64,000 nucleotides of DNA from Camelus dromedarius (GCF_036321535.1 NC_087437.1:83144001-83208000), one strand, 5' to 3'. Counted from the first letter of the stretch, positions 1 through 13,830 are shown. Notes: generated by a model not told the origin, from the sequence alone. Program-made: numbers and translations.

Positions 1-1752
1 AGCATCTATGTTCATCAGTGATATTGACCTGTAAGTTTTCATTTTATATGGTATCTTTGTCTGGTTTTGGTATTAGGATGGGGCTGGCATCAAGGAAAGA
101 GTTTGGAAGCATTTCTTCCCCTGCAAGTAATTGGGAATGGTTTGAGAATTGATGCGAAGTCTTCTATAAATGTTGTTTAGAATTCATCCATGAAGCCCTC
201 TGTTCCTACTCTTGTTGCTGGGAATTCTTAAATTACTGATTCAATTTCATTACTAGTTATTTCTCTATTCATAGTTCAGTATTGGTAGATTGTATATTTC
301 TAGCCTTGTCCATTTATTCTTGGTTGTCCATTTGATTGGTATATAATTGTTCATAATATTTTTTATTATCTTTTGTATTTCTGTGGTGTTGATGTTAACT
401 TTTCTTTTTTCATTTCTGGTTTTATTGATTTTGGCTTTAGTTTTTTCTTTATGACTCTGACTAAGTTTCATCAATTTTGTTCATCTTTTCAGTAAGCCAG
501 GTCTCAATTTTATTGATCTTCTCCATTGTTTTTTAGTCTCTATTTCATTACTTTCTGCTCTGATCTTTATAATTTAGTTCCTTCTACTCATTTTGGACTT
601 GTTTGTTCTTCGTTTTCTAATTTCTGCAATGTGAGGTTAGATTATTTATTTGAGATTTTTTTCCTGTTTCCTGAGGTAGGCTTGTATCAGTATAAATGTT
701 CCTCTAAGCTGCTTTTGCTGAATACCATAGATTATGGATCATTGTGTTTTCACTTTCATGTGTATCTAGATTTTTTTCATTTTTTCTTTAGTTTTTTCAT
801 TTTTTAGTAGTATATTGTTTAGCCTCTTCTGTCTGTGTTTTTGCAGTTTTTTCCTGTAGTTGATTTCTCATCCCATTGCCTTATGTTAGGAAAAGATGCT
901 TGATATGATTCTAATTTTCTTAAATGTACCAAGACTCATTTTATGGTCTAGCATGTGATCTATTCAGGAAAATGTTTCATGTACACTTGAAAAGATTGTG
1001 TCTTCTGCTACTTTTAGATGAGATGTTCTATATAGATATGTTAAATCTATTTGGTCTAATATATCATTTAAGGTCAGTCTTTTCCTTATTGATCATTTAT
1101 CTGGATGATCTGTACATTGATGTAACAGGATTGTTTAAGTCCCCTACTATTATTATGTTACCGTCAATTTCTCCCTTTATATGTTAATGTATGCTTTGTA
1201 TATACAGATGTTCCTTTGTTGGGTGTATATTTATTTACAATTATTATATGTTGTTATATAATTGATGCCTTGATCATTGTGAAATGTTCTTTCTCCCTTA
1301 TTATGGTCTTTGTTTTAAAGTCTATTTTGTGTGATTCAAGCTTTGCTTCCTTTGCTTTCTTTTCATTTCCATTGGTATGGAATACCCTTTTCCTATCCCT
1401 TCATTTTCATCCTGTGTGTGACTTCAGATCTGCTCATCTTCCTGGTACAGGATTCCCAAGGCTGGTGAGCCCAATGTGGAACTGAGACTCCTCTCTCTCA
1501 GAGACAACCTGTATGATTGTAATTATCCTCCCATGTAAGAGTCACTTACCTAGGGTATGGGTCTTGAGCATACTGCATTTCCTCCTCTTATATCCATTTC
1601 AGTGTGATTCCTTCTTCATGTCCTTAGCTTTAGAATGCCTTTTCTTCTAGTCTTCTGGCCATTTTCATGAACAGTTTATCTTTACATGGTTATAGTTTTG
1701 GTGTGCCCATGGGATGAGGTGGGTTTAGGGTCTTCCTACTCCACCATCTTGG
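1..1752 (-). mobile_element. LINE-1, internally deleted (5'UTR fused to ORF2 start); continues off the window
   Basis: Reverse complement of 1432-1752 is an L1 5' end (CCAAGATGGTGGAGTAGGAAGACCC). 1-1431 is decayed ORF2 (e.g. TTEIQKIIK, KWTT in the ORF track). Confidence 0.85.
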
Positions 1753-1769
1753 CAACCAACTTCTCATGC

Positions 1770-3280
1770 ATAGATTTGAACTGACAAAAGGTAGAATGAG
1801 TTAACTTGAAGCTATATCAATAGGGAATATGCATTTCAAAAGATACAGAGAGAGAAGAATGGAGAAAAACCAACAGAGTGTCAGAGAAATTAGGGATACC
1901 ACTAAATACATCAGCATATGCATATAGGAGTACCAGGAAGAGAAGAAAGTGAGAAAGAAGCAGAAAAAATATTTGAAGAAATAATGGGATAAAGCTTCCC
2001 AAGTTTATTGCAGAACAGTGACTTACACATCCAGGGTGTTTAAGGTATTCAAAATATAAAAAATGCAAGGACATTAATAAAGAGATACATAATATTAATA
2101 CTTCTGAAACTCAAAGACAGTAGAAAGTAAAAAATGGAAGGACATTAATAAAAAGGTACTACATAGTACTACTGCTGAAACTCAAAGATAGAAAATCTTG
2201 AAGACAGCAAAAGGAAGATCACCCATCACTTATTGGGGAACCCCAAGAAGTTTAATGCTGACTTCTCAGTAGAAATGATTTAGACCAAAAGCAGTGGGAT
2301 AACATATATATAGTGCTCAGGGGGAAAATAACCCCATCAGATAAGAATCTCATTTCCAGTAAAGCTATATTTCAAAAGTAAATGCAAATTAAGGGTTCAC
2401 CCAAATAAACAAAAACAGAGAATCTGTTGCTAGTAGATGTATCTTATAGGAACATTAAAAGAACATTTAAAGAAAATTTACAAGCCAAAAGCAAGTAGCT
2501 TAGGAAGGAATTCAAATCCATGCAGAAAGCCAAAGAGCATTAGTAAAATAACTAGGCAATTGTAACAGTTTAAATGCCTATTTCTTTTTTCATTCTGGCA
2601 GGGCAGGGTGGGGAAGTAATTAGATTTATGTAGTTTTAGAGAAGGTACTGGGCATTGAATCCAGGACTTCATGCATGCTAAGCATGCACTCTACCACTTG
2701 AGCCATACCCTCCCCCACTTAAATGCCCATTTTTATGTTTTTTCCCTAATAATTGATTTAAATATCAATTTTTCTAAAATAATATGTATGTAATAAAATC
2801 TCAGACCTGTAACTTATAGAAATGTTATACGTGTGTAATATATTACCAGTAACTCACAAAGAAGGTGAGTCATAATAAAATTTATTGGGCTAAGGAAATG
2901 ATAACAGATTGCAAAGTGAAAATTATAACAATGTATATGTGTTTGAAACATTAATACCTGTAATATGATATAATACTAATACCACAAAATGAAACAAAGT
3001 AAAAAGAGTTATATAGTTGTAACATTTTTATATATTGCTAGAGTTAAGCTAGTATAAATTGGATGATGATTCTTGTAGGATGTATGTTTAAACCCTAGAG
3101 CAATCACAGAAAACTATACAATATAAATGTGATAAGATATAATATGATATAATATGATATTTAGAAAGAGTGAATTATTAAAGAAATTAAAATGTTACAT
3201 TAGGAAATACTCGCTTAATGAAGCATTAGAAAATTAGATGAACAGAAATACATGAGATATACAGAAAACAAAAAGGAAAA
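1770..3280 (+). mobile_element. old LINE-1 ORF1/inter-ORF fragment
   Basis: ORF1-like remnants (GCTGACTTCTCAGTAGAAATG...CAGTGGGATAACATAT), A-rich sense strand; interrupted by a SINE. Confidence 0.65.
2584..2716 (-). mobile_element. tRNA-derived SINE, camelid vic-1 type
   Basis: Reverse complement GGGGGAGGGTATGGCTCAAGTGGTAGAGTGCATGCTTAGCATGCATGAAGTCCTGGATTCAATGCCCAGTACC contains A and B boxes. TSD TTAAATGCC(T/C)ATTT at 2570-2583 and 2719-2732. Confidence 0.9.
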
Positions 3281-3289
3281 AAGCAGTAT

Positions 3290-3930
3290 TTCTCAAAGCA
3301 ATATTGTGAAAACACAATAAAGCCAGGGGCATCGCTCTCCCTAATTTCAAACTGTATTACAAAGCTATGGTAATTAAAACAGCATATTGGCATAAAAGAG
3401 ACACATAAATCAATGGAACTGAATAGAGAGCCCAGAAATAAACCTATGCATATATGTTATAATTAATTTATGATGAAGGAGCCAAGAATATAGAATGGGG
3501 AAAGGACAGTTTTTTTTTAATTACTGTCACTGAGAAACCTGGACAGCCACATAGAAGAGAATAAAATTGGAGCACTATTTTGTATCATATAGAAAAATTA
3601 ACTCTAAGTGAATTAAAGACTTGAACATAGGACCTGACAACACAAAACTCCTAGATGAAAACATAGGTCATAAGCTCCATGACATAAGTCATGGCAAAGA
3701 TTTTTTAATCTGACACCAAAAGCAAAAGCAACAAAAGTAAAAATAAGCAAGTGAGACTATATCAAATTGAAAAGCTTCTGCACAGCAAAGGAAACCATTA
3801 ACAAAATGAAAAGGCAACCTACTGAATGGGAGAAGATAATTGAAAATAATATATCTGATAAGGAGCTAAAATCCAAAATATCCAAATATACATATAACTC
3901 AATAGCTTAAAAGCGAACAGTCCTTTAAAA
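3290..3930 (+). mobile_element. LINE-1 ORF2 fragment (3' half)
   Basis: Typical ORF2 sequence (CAATGGAACTGAATAGAGAGCCCAGAAATAAAC; AAAAGCTTCTGCACAGCAAAGGAAACC). Confidence 0.85.
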
Positions 3931-3934
3931 CAAA

Positions 3935-6900
3935 GGCCATGATGAAAGACAATGAAGAGCATTATATAATGATAAATGGATCAATACAAGAAGAGGATAT
4001 TACACTTGTTAGCACATATGCACCCAGTATAGGACCCTAAATATATAAAACAAATATAACAGGTATAAAGGGAGAAATTGGCAATAACATAATAGTAGGA
4101 GGCTTTAAACACCCCATTGACATCAATGGACAGATCATCTAGACAGAAAATAAGTAATGCAACAGAGATCCTAAATGACACAATAGACAGATTGGACCTA
4201 ATTCATATCTACAGGACACTACATCTAAAAAAGCTGAATACACATTCATTTCAAGTTGCATGGACCATCCTCTAAGATAGGCCAAATACTAGGTTACAAA
4301 ACAAGCTTCAACAAGTTTAAGAGGATACAGATTATTTCAAGCATGTTTTCTGACCAAAATGTTTTAAAATGAGAAATCATCCACATTAACAAAAACAGGA
4401 AAAGAAGAAACAAATGGAGACTAAATAACATGCTACGCAAAACGCAAAAATTAATGATGAAATCAAAAGAGAAATCAGAAAATACCTCAAGACAAATCAA
4501 AATAAAAACACAGCTTTAAAAAAAAGTCTGAAGTGCTGTAAAACCAGATCTAAGAGGGAAGTTCATAGCAATACAGGCCTCCCAGAATCAAGGAAAACTC
4601 AAACAACCTAACCTACCATCTAAAAAAATTAGAAAAGAAGAATAAACCTGAAAGTCAGCAGAAGGAAAGAAATGATAAAAATCAGAGAGGAAATAATTAA
4701 AATAGAGAAGGAAAACAGAATAGAAAAGATCAGGAAAACCAAAAGCTGTTTTTTTTTTTTTTAAAGAAAACAAAATTGACAAACAATTATGTTCCCAAGG
4801 TTCACTGAGAAGAGACAGAACCCAAATAAGTGAAATAAGAAATTAAAGAGGAGAAGTAAAACTGTTACCACAGAAATAAATACAAATTTGTTCTGATTCC
4901 CAAACCAGACAAATAAATCACCAGAACCAATATGTGTTAGAATATACATGCAAAATTCTCAAAATTTATTTAATCCAGCAACATATAAAAAGAATTATAC
5001 ATAATAACCAAATGAATTTTACTTCATGAATGCAAGGTTGGTTTAACCTTCAAAAAAGGCATTAAGTAAAAATCATATCAATAGACAAAATGACAAAAAC
5101 CATAATGTATCAAAAGAGAAAGAAAAATGTTTCACAAAATTTTGCACCATTTTATGATGAGAAAAACATGAGAGAGATTAGGTATATAAGAGAACTTATG
5201 AAACTCAATAAAAGACACTTATGAAAAAAAAAAGTCACAGCTAACATTATACTCATTGGTGAAAGACAGAAAATTTTCTTCCTAAATTGAGATATAGATG
5301 AGAATATCTGCTCTTGCTATTACTAATCAACATTGTACTGAAAGTTCTAGTCAGATCAACTAGGCAAGATATGGAATGAAAGGCATTAAGTATGGAAAGG
5401 AAGAAGTGAAAAATGTACCTGTTTCTGCAGATGACATAATCTTGTATATAAAAAATCTTAAAGAGGCAACTTAAAAAAACTGTTAGAACTAATAAGTTGG
5501 CAAGCTTTCAGGAAATAAGATTAATACATGTACATTGAATTTGTTTTGTACCTTTGCAATGAACAACGCAAAAGGGAAATTTTGAAAACAATCTCATTTT
5601 AGTAGCATCAAAAAGAAAATACTTAGGAACACATTTAAGAAAAGAAGTACAATACTTATACTGAAAACTAAAATACATTGTTGAAAGAAATTCAAGAAGG
5701 TAGAAGTAAATGGAAAGACATCTTGTGTTTATGGATCAGATGTCTTAATATTGTTAAAATAGCAGTGCACCTCAAATTGATCTAAAAATGCAAGGTAATA
5801 ACTATGAAAATCTCAGCTTGGTTCTTTGTAGAAACTGGCAGGTTGATCCTAAAACTCACAGGGGCTCAAAACAGCCAATATAGTCTTGAATAAGAAGAAT
5901 AAAGCAGGGGAACTCATACTTTGGATTTCAAAACCTATTTAAAAACTACAATAATCACAACAATTTGTTACCAGCACAAAGCTCAACATTATAGATCAAT
6001 GGAAAACAGATGAGGTTCCTGAAATGTACCCTCTAATTGTGGGCAGTTGATTTTTTAACAAGAAAGCCAGGTAATTTAAATGGGGGAAAGAATAGTCTCT
6101 TCAACAAATGGTGCTATGGCAGTGAGATATCCACATGCAAAATAATGATTTTGAACCCCTGCTCCAAACAGAAACAGAAGTTAACGTATGTTAGATTAAA
6201 TAGCTAAAGAGTGAAAGCTAAAGCTTTAAAACTCTTAGGAAAAGCATAGGTGTAAATATTTGTGACATTGTATTGTGCAATTGTTGCTTAAATATGACAC
6301 CAAGAACACAGGCAATATGTTAAACAAACTAGACTTCATCAACATTAAACTCTTTTTGCTTTAGAGGCCGGCATCAAGAAAGACAACCAATAGAGTGAGA
6401 GAAAATATATGGAAATCTTAAAATTGAAAATGAACTTGTATGTAGAAAAGAGAAAATAGTAATAAAATCATAAATTACCCCATTATAAAAATGGCAAAGA
6501 ATTCTGAATTGTCATTTCTCCAAAGAAGATGCAGGTCAACAGTTCATGACAAGATGCTCAACATTATTAGCCAAGGAAATCAGTGAAACCCACAGTAAGA
6601 TACCGCTTTACATGAAATATAAAGTTCTCATAAAAAGGCCAACAGTAACAAGTACTGTTGCTGATGTGGCGTTATTGGAAGCCTCACGCTCTGATGTTGG
6701 GAATGTAAAATGGTGGAGCTACTTTGGAAAACAGTATAGCAGTTTCTGAAAATGCTACACAAAGATTTGCCATTTATATGAGCCAGCATTTCCACCCGAA
6801 GGTATATACACAAGAGAAATGAAAACATATGTCCATATACAAACTTATACAAATCTTCAGAGCAGCATTATTCATAATTGAAAAACTGGTTCTAACATTT

Positions 6901-7040
6901 GTATGGAAAAGCATAAGACAGAAACATTCAACAAAATACTGAAGAAGAAGAATACAGTTGAAGGACTCACATTACTTGAATGCAAGCCAGACTGTAGAAC
7001 TACAGTAATAAATACATCACGGTATTTTAGAAAGAGCAGA
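3935..7040 (+). mobile_element. LINE-1 ORF2 fragments (EN to C-terminal region), probably more than one element
   Basis: EN region (GGATCAATACAAGAAGAGGATATTACAC), RT region (TTTCTGCAGATGACATAATC, ADD motif), late ORF2; many disruptions. Confidence 0.8.
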
Positions 7041-7171
7041 ATTTCTTTATTTTAAATTGAAATAAATGTATTTTCTTACTGGCCATTTTAATTTCTTTAT
7101 TATTTGAATATCCATTGATCCTTCTTTCTATTCAGTTGTTTGCTTTATTATACTAATTGTAAGAGCTCTTT

Positions 7172-7260
7172 TTTTTTAAACATTTTTTATTGATTTATAA
7201 TCATTTTACAATGTTGCATCAAATTCCAGTGTTCAGCACAATTTTTCAGTTATTCATGGA
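7172..7260 (-). mobile_element. extremely 5'-truncated young L1 3' tail (~90 bp)
   Basis: Poly-T, then ACATTTTTTATTGATTTATAATC...CAAATTCCAGTGTTCAGCACAATTTTTCAG matching the L1 tail at ~49745-49830. Perfect 13-bp TSD GTAAGAGCTCTTT at 7159-7171 and 7261-7273. Confidence 0.85.
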
Positions 7261-7399
7261 GTAAGAGCTCTTTGTAGAGTAAATGTGTTAAACTTTTTCT
7301 TCCCCTCATAAATGTCTTAAATATTTTTTCCTTACATTTTTATTTGACTGTTAACTCTGTTTATTATTATATAAAAGTTAAAAAAATTTACATAGTCAC

Positions 7400-7856
7400 T
7401 GTAAGAGGATCAAGTCAGGGAGAATTGAGACCTTGGCCACTAGTTAAAAAGAGAAAATTTTAATTTAATAAACAATTCAAAAGGTGGTAAAAGCAAAAAG
7501 TCAAATAGGGTATAGTAAAGCAACCCAAATATTACTAATGATGGGAAGCTCCAACAGGAATGAGTGGTGTTAACAGATCCCATGATTTCAGCCACCTGAG
7601 CAGTTTTCCTGCAGAAACTGTACTCAGTAGAAGATGCAGCTTGTGTTGGAAACACTGTGTATAGCAGAGAAAGAGGGAGAAATATTGTGGTTTCTTGTCT
7701 CCCACTCTCCAGCTTATCAGTGCCTCCAATTTTCCAAGTCTAGCCAGAAATATTTGGAAATCTGAGAAATAGAGTTTACAGTGTTCATAGATTGTGAAAC
7801 ACAATACAGGAGAGGAAGTAGGGAAATGGATTGAGGGCAAACAGACAATAATTAAG
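7400..7856. mobile_element. probable ancient solo LTR (MaLR/MLT1-like)
   Basis: Begins TGTAAGAGGATCAAGTCAGGGAG, ~450 bp, interrupts an old antisense L1 remnant. Family call from recalled consensus only. Confidence 0.4.
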
Positions 7857-8299
7857 AGAATTGTATACATCAATTATTATGTTATGATTTCTAGATTTGG
7901 TGTTTTTGTAATAAGTCCTTTCCTCTCTGAAGATTACTTCTATTATTTATATTCTGTATTGATTCTTATATTTTCAGTTCACATGAAATATATTTTGGTA
8001 TAAGGTGTATATAAAGATCGAATCTTATTTTTCAATGACATTTCAGTTTTCAAAACACCACCATTCTCTATTGATTTGAAATTATACCTTTGTCATATTC
8101 TGAATTTTTAGGTAGTTTGTGTTTATTTCTGTACTTTTATTTGGTTTCTTATATCTCCTAGTATATCTTGATAATATACCATGTTGCTTTATTTTCACTA
8201 ATTCTACAGTATTTAAAAGCTCAGCAAGCATTTATTTTTCCAGATGATTCTTAGGATATTTTTGTATAATAAGGAAAACATATGAGAATTAAAATAATT

Positions 8300-9000
8300 A
8301 GAAATTCATGAGGTGTATTTATTAATTTGGTACCCAACCAAAAGTCTAATTCCTATTTATACTATTTAAATTGACTACAGAGAAACAAATATAATCCTTT
8401 ACATCAGTAGACTAAAAAAGAAATCTTGTAATCATATCAACTGATCATAGCAAATATTTTCATTTCAAAAATTCCAACACTCATTTATGGTAAAAACCTC
8501 AAAAATTTGAGCAACTCACAAGTAAATGAAGATTTCACAATGCACTCTCAATTAATCAATGGTTCAGAGAAGAAAGCACAAGGAAAGTATAAAATAGTTT
8601 GAGATAAGTGGAAATAATGTCACAACATATCTAAGTACATGGTATGAAGCTAAAGCAGTGCCAGAGGGAAATTTATAGTATTCAACATCTATTTTATAGA
8701 GACAAAGATCTGAAATAAATAGCTTAAAACTCTACCTAAAGGAATATAAGAGGAAACTAAAAATAAAGCAAGAAAGAGAAAGAAATTATAAATATTAGAG
8801 ACGAAAATAATGAAACAGAGAATAGAAAACAGTAGTGAAAAGTAACATGCCCAAAGACTAGCTCTTTAAGAAGCTTAATAACAGCCTTTAATTAAACTAC
8901 CAAGAACAAAACAGAGAAGACAAATTAATAAATTCAGAAATAAGAGGACTTTACTGTGTCAAATGTACAGAAATACCATGGATTATAAGAAATACAATGT
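8300..9000 (+). mobile_element. old LINE-1 ORF2 fragments
   Basis: AAGCTAAAGCAGTGCCAGAGGGAAATTTATAG and other ORF2-like motifs. Confidence 0.65.
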
Positions 9001-9003
9001 GTG

Positions 9004-12000
9004 TGGAAGCCAAGATGTCAGAGTAGAAGGAGCTGGAGCTCACCTCCTCTCATGAACATACCAAAATCATAACTAATTGCAGAACAACTATTGACAAAAA
9101 GACTGGAACCTACCAGAAAAGTTCTTCCATAACTAAAGACATAAAGAAGAAAACACAACAAAAGGGGTAGGAGAGGCAAACTCAATCAAATCTTATTCAC
9201 CCCAGGTGGGTGACCCACAAATTGGAGAATGTATTGCAGAGAGTGTCCCACAGAAGTGAGAGTTCTGAGCCCCACATCAGGCTCCCCAGCTTAGGGGGCT
9301 AGCACCAGGAAGGGAGCCTCTAGAGTATTTGGCTTTGAAGTCCAGCAGGGCTTAATTGCAAGAGCTCCACAGGACTGGGGGAAAAAGAGATTTCCTTCTT
9401 AAAGGATGCATGCAAAATCTCATGCTCACTGGGATCAAGGGCAAAAGCAGTAATTTCGTAGGAGTATGGGCCAGATCTACCTGCTGGTCTTGGAGGGTCT
9501 CCTGGAGCGGTTGGAGGGGGCAGCTGTGGCTCACCCTGGGGACATAAAAACTGGCAGAGGATATATCAGGGAGTATTCATCTGCATGAAGCCCTGCTTTC
9601 TGGAGGCAGACATTGCTTGGATCATTAGCACCAAGCCCTGACCCTACCCAAAAGCCTGTAGGATACAATAGAGAGATGCCTCAGGCCAAACAACTAACTA
9701 GATGGGGACAGAGCCCCACCAATCAGTAGACAGGCTGCCTAGAGACTTCCTGAGCCCATGACTGCCTCCAGATATGCCCCTAGACACAGCCCTGCCCACC
9801 AGATGGCCAATATCAGCTCCACCCTCCAGCAGGAAGCTATCAGCCTCTCCTGCCAGGAAACCTGTGCAAGCCTCTAGACCAGCCTCACCCACTGGAAGGC
9901 AGACACCAGAATCAAGAAAAGAACAATCCTGCAGCCTGTGGAATGAGTCCACAAAAGCAGGCCAGACTCTACCCTGGGACCAGCTGGCCCCTGGCCCTTG
10001 GGTACAGTCTCCTAAGACTGAACCAAGAAGAAATAGAAAATAGGAACATATCAATTACCAGTACTGAAACTGAACCAGTAATTTAAAAAACGCCCAACAA
10101 ACAAAAGTCCAGGACCAGACAGCTTCATGAGTGAATTCATCCAAACAATTAGAGGAGACTTAATGCCCATCCTTCTAAAGTATTCCAAAAAAATTGCAAA
10201 GGAATGAACACTTCCAAACTCATTCTATGAGACCACCATCACCCTCATACCAAAATTAGACAAAATTACAGGTCAGTATCACTGATGAACATAGATGCAA
10301 AAATCTTCAGCAAAATACTAGCAAACTCAATCCAACAATACAGTAAAATGAATATACACCATGACAAATTGGGATTTAGCCGACAGATGTAAGAATTTCT
10401 CAATATCTTCAAAACAAACAATGTGATATACCACATTAACAAATTGAAGAATAAAAACCACATGGTCATCTCAATAGATGCAGAAAAGGCTTTTGATAAA
10501 ATTCAACCTCCATTTATGATAAAAACTCTCCAGAAACGGCATAAAGGGAACAGACTTCAACGTAATAAAGGCCATACATGACAAACCCACAGGTAACATC
10601 ATACTCAATGGGGAAAGCTGAAAGCCTTTCTTCTAAGATCAGGAACAAGACAAGGATGCTCACTCTCACGACTTATATTCAACATAATTTTGGCAGTCCT
10701 ATACATCACAATTGGAAGAGAAAGAGAAGTTTTTTAAAATCCAAATTAGAAAAGAAGTAAAACTGTCACTGTTGGTAGATGACATGATACTATACATAGA
10801 AAATCCTAAGGACACTACCAGAGAACTACTAGAGCTCATCAATGAATTTGGTAAAGTTGCAGGATACAAAATTGATCTACAGAAATCAGTTGCATTCTAT
10901 GCACTAACAACAAAATATCAGACAAAGAAATTATGGAAACAATTCCAGTTACCATCACATAACCCCCCCCCCAAAAAACCCCCCCAAAAAACAAATGCCT
11001 AGGAGTAATCCTACCTAAGGAGTCAAGAGACCTATACTCCAAAAATGGTAAGACACTGGTGAAGGAAATTGAAGATGATGGAAACAGATGGAGAGATATA
11101 CCATGTTCTTGGATTGGGAGAATCAATATCATTTAAATTACCATACTGCCTAGGGCAATCTATAGATTCAGTGTAATCCTTATCAAATTATCAGTGGCAT
11201 TTTTCACAGAACTAGAAAAGAAAAATTTAAAATTTGTATGGAAACTTAGAGGACCCTGGATAGCCAAAACAACCCTGAGACAGAAGAATGAAGCTGGAGA
11301 AAGCATGCTTCCTGACTTCAGATTCTACTACAAAGTTACAGTAATCAAAACCAGTATGGTAGTGGCACAAAAACAGATACATGGAAAAGATAGAAAGCCC
11401 AAAAACAAACCCAAGCACTTACAGTCAATCTATGATAAAGAAGGTAAGAATATACAATGAAGAAAAGACAGTCTTTTCAATAAGTGGTGCTGAAAAAACT
11501 AGACAGCTACAGGTAAAAGGATGAACTTAGAATTATCTCTAACATGATATACAAAAATAAACTGAAAATAAATTACATATCTAAATGTAACACTGGATAC
11601 TCTAAAACTCCTAGAGAAAAACATAGGCAGAACACTTTTTGACAAAAATAAATCAAAGCAATATTTTGTTTTTGATCCATCTACTAGAGTAATGGAAATA
11701 AAAGCAAAAATAAGCAAATGGGACCTGATTAAACTTAAAAGCTTTTGCACAGCAAAGGAAACCATAAACAAAATGAAAAGACAACCTGAAGGAATGGGAG
11801 AAAATACTTGCAATGAGACTGACATGGGGTTAATTTCCAAAATATACAAACAAGTCATATAGTTTAATACCAAAAAAACCAAACAACCGAATCAAAAAAT
11901 GTGCAGAGGACTAAATAAACATTTCTCCATCAATGACATACAGATGCCAACAGGCACGTTAAAAGATGCTCAACATTGCTCATTATTAGAGACATGGAAA

Positions 12001-12822
12001 TCAAAACTACAATGAGGTATCACCTCACACCAGTCAAAATAGCCATCATTCAAAAGTCCACAAATGATAAATGCTGGAGAGGGTGTGGAGAAAAAGGAAC
12101 CCTCCTACACTCTTGGTCAGGATGTAAGTTTGTGCAGCCACTATGGAGAGCACTACAGAAGTTTCTTAAAAAACTAAAAATAGAGTTACCATATGACCCA
12201 GCAAACCCACTCCTGGGCATATATATGGCGAAATCTCTAATTCAAAAAGAACATTCACCCCAATGTTAACAGCAGCACTGTTTACAATAACCAAGACATG
12301 GAAGCAACCTAAATGTCCATATGGGAGATGAATGGATAAAGAAAATGTGGTATATTTATATACAATGGAATATTACTCAGCCACGAAAAGAATGCAAAAA
12401 TCCCCTTGCAACAATGTGGATGGAACTACAGATTATCATATTAAATGAATTCAGTCAGACAGAGAAAGACAAATATCATATGATATCCCTTCTATGCAGA
12501 ATCTTAAAAAATTATACAAATGAACTTATTTACAAACCAGAAATAAGCCCACAGACACCAAAAACAAACTTATGATTACCAAAGGGGAAAATGTGGTCAA
12601 GGGATAAATTAGGAGTTTGGGATTAATATATGCACACTACCATATATAAAATAGTTCAACAACAAGAATCTACTGTGTAGTACAGGGAATTGTATTCAAT
12701 ATCTTGTAATAACCTATAAAGGAAGCAAATCTGAAAAAATACATATTTATAAATCTGAATCTCTGCTATACACTGAAACTAATAGAACATTGTAAATCAA
12801 GTATACTTCAGTTAAAAAAAAA
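9004..12822 (+). mobile_element. LINE-1 with 5'UTR joined directly to mid-ORF2; 3' end and poly(A) present
   Basis: 5' end GGAAGCCAAGATGTCAGAGTAG; ~1 kb GC-richer UTR; jump at ~10001 to CCTAAGACTGAACCAAGAAGAAATAG. RT ([15 protein letters not shown]), C-terminal [13 protein letters not shown], 3'UTR, poly(A) at ~12814. Confidence 0.9.
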
Positions 12823-13830
12823 GAAAGTGAAAGATAAGCAATAGAATGGGAGAAAATATATGGAAATCAATATTTGAAAATGATCCAGTATCAAGCAAAT
12901 ATAAAGAACAATTACAACTTAATAATAAAGTAACAAATTACTCCGTTGTAAAAAGGCAAAGGATCCTGAAGAGTCATTTCTCCAAATAAGATAGAGTCTA
13001 ATAGTACGTGACAAGATGCTCCACATTAGTAGCCATTCAGGAAATCAGTCTAAATGACAATGACATTCCACTTTGCATAAACTATAATGGCTGTAATAAA
13101 AAAAGATAGACAATAACAAGTGCTGCTGCTGCTGTAGCAAATTGGAACACTCATGCACTGCTGTTGGGAGTATTAAAATAATACAGCTACTTTGGAAAAC
13201 AGTCTAGTAGTTCTTCAAAGACAAAACAGAGTTACCATATGATTCAAGAATTCCTCTCCTAGCTAAAATCTAAAGAGTAATGAAAAAATATGCACAAGCA
13301 CAAATCTACATGAATGTGCAAACAGTACCATTTATATTTGGCAAACTGTTTCTAAAGTTTATGTGGAAAGGCACAAGACTTGAATAGCCAACAAAACAAT
13401 GAATAAGAAGAATAAAGTTGGAGGACTCAAACTACATGATTTCAAGACTTATTACAGAACTACAGAAATCAAAACAGCATGGTATTTCTGAAAGAATAGA
13501 CACAGAGGTCAAAGAAAGAATAAAGAGCCCAGAATAAAGCCACACAAATGTATTTGATCTTTGACAAAGGAGCAAAGGCAATTCAATAAAGAATGGACTT
13601 TCAAAAAATATGTCCTGAAACAAATTTGTGTCCATATGCAAAAAACCTAGACATAGACATTTTGCAGAAAATAACCAAAATAGGTTACAGATCTAAATGT
13701 AAAACTCAAAACTATCAACCTAGAAGAAAACATGGGAGAATGTTTAGGTGGGCTAATTGGGAAAATTTTTAATGTGAACTTCATATTGATTATTGTTAAA
13801 TTTCTTGGTGATGATAATGACACTAAGACT
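12823..13830 (+). mobile_element. old LINE-1 ORF2 fragments
   Basis: Late-ORF2 segment joined at ~13340 to an earlier ORF2 segment (GGAGGACTCAAACTACATGATTTCAAGAC). Confidence 0.75.

Noticed and set aside
2640..2716. tRNA-Ala-like sequence (also 30511-30583)
   Set aside because: It has an A-rich tail, TSDs and no proper acceptor stem, so it is a SINE rather than a tRNA gene.
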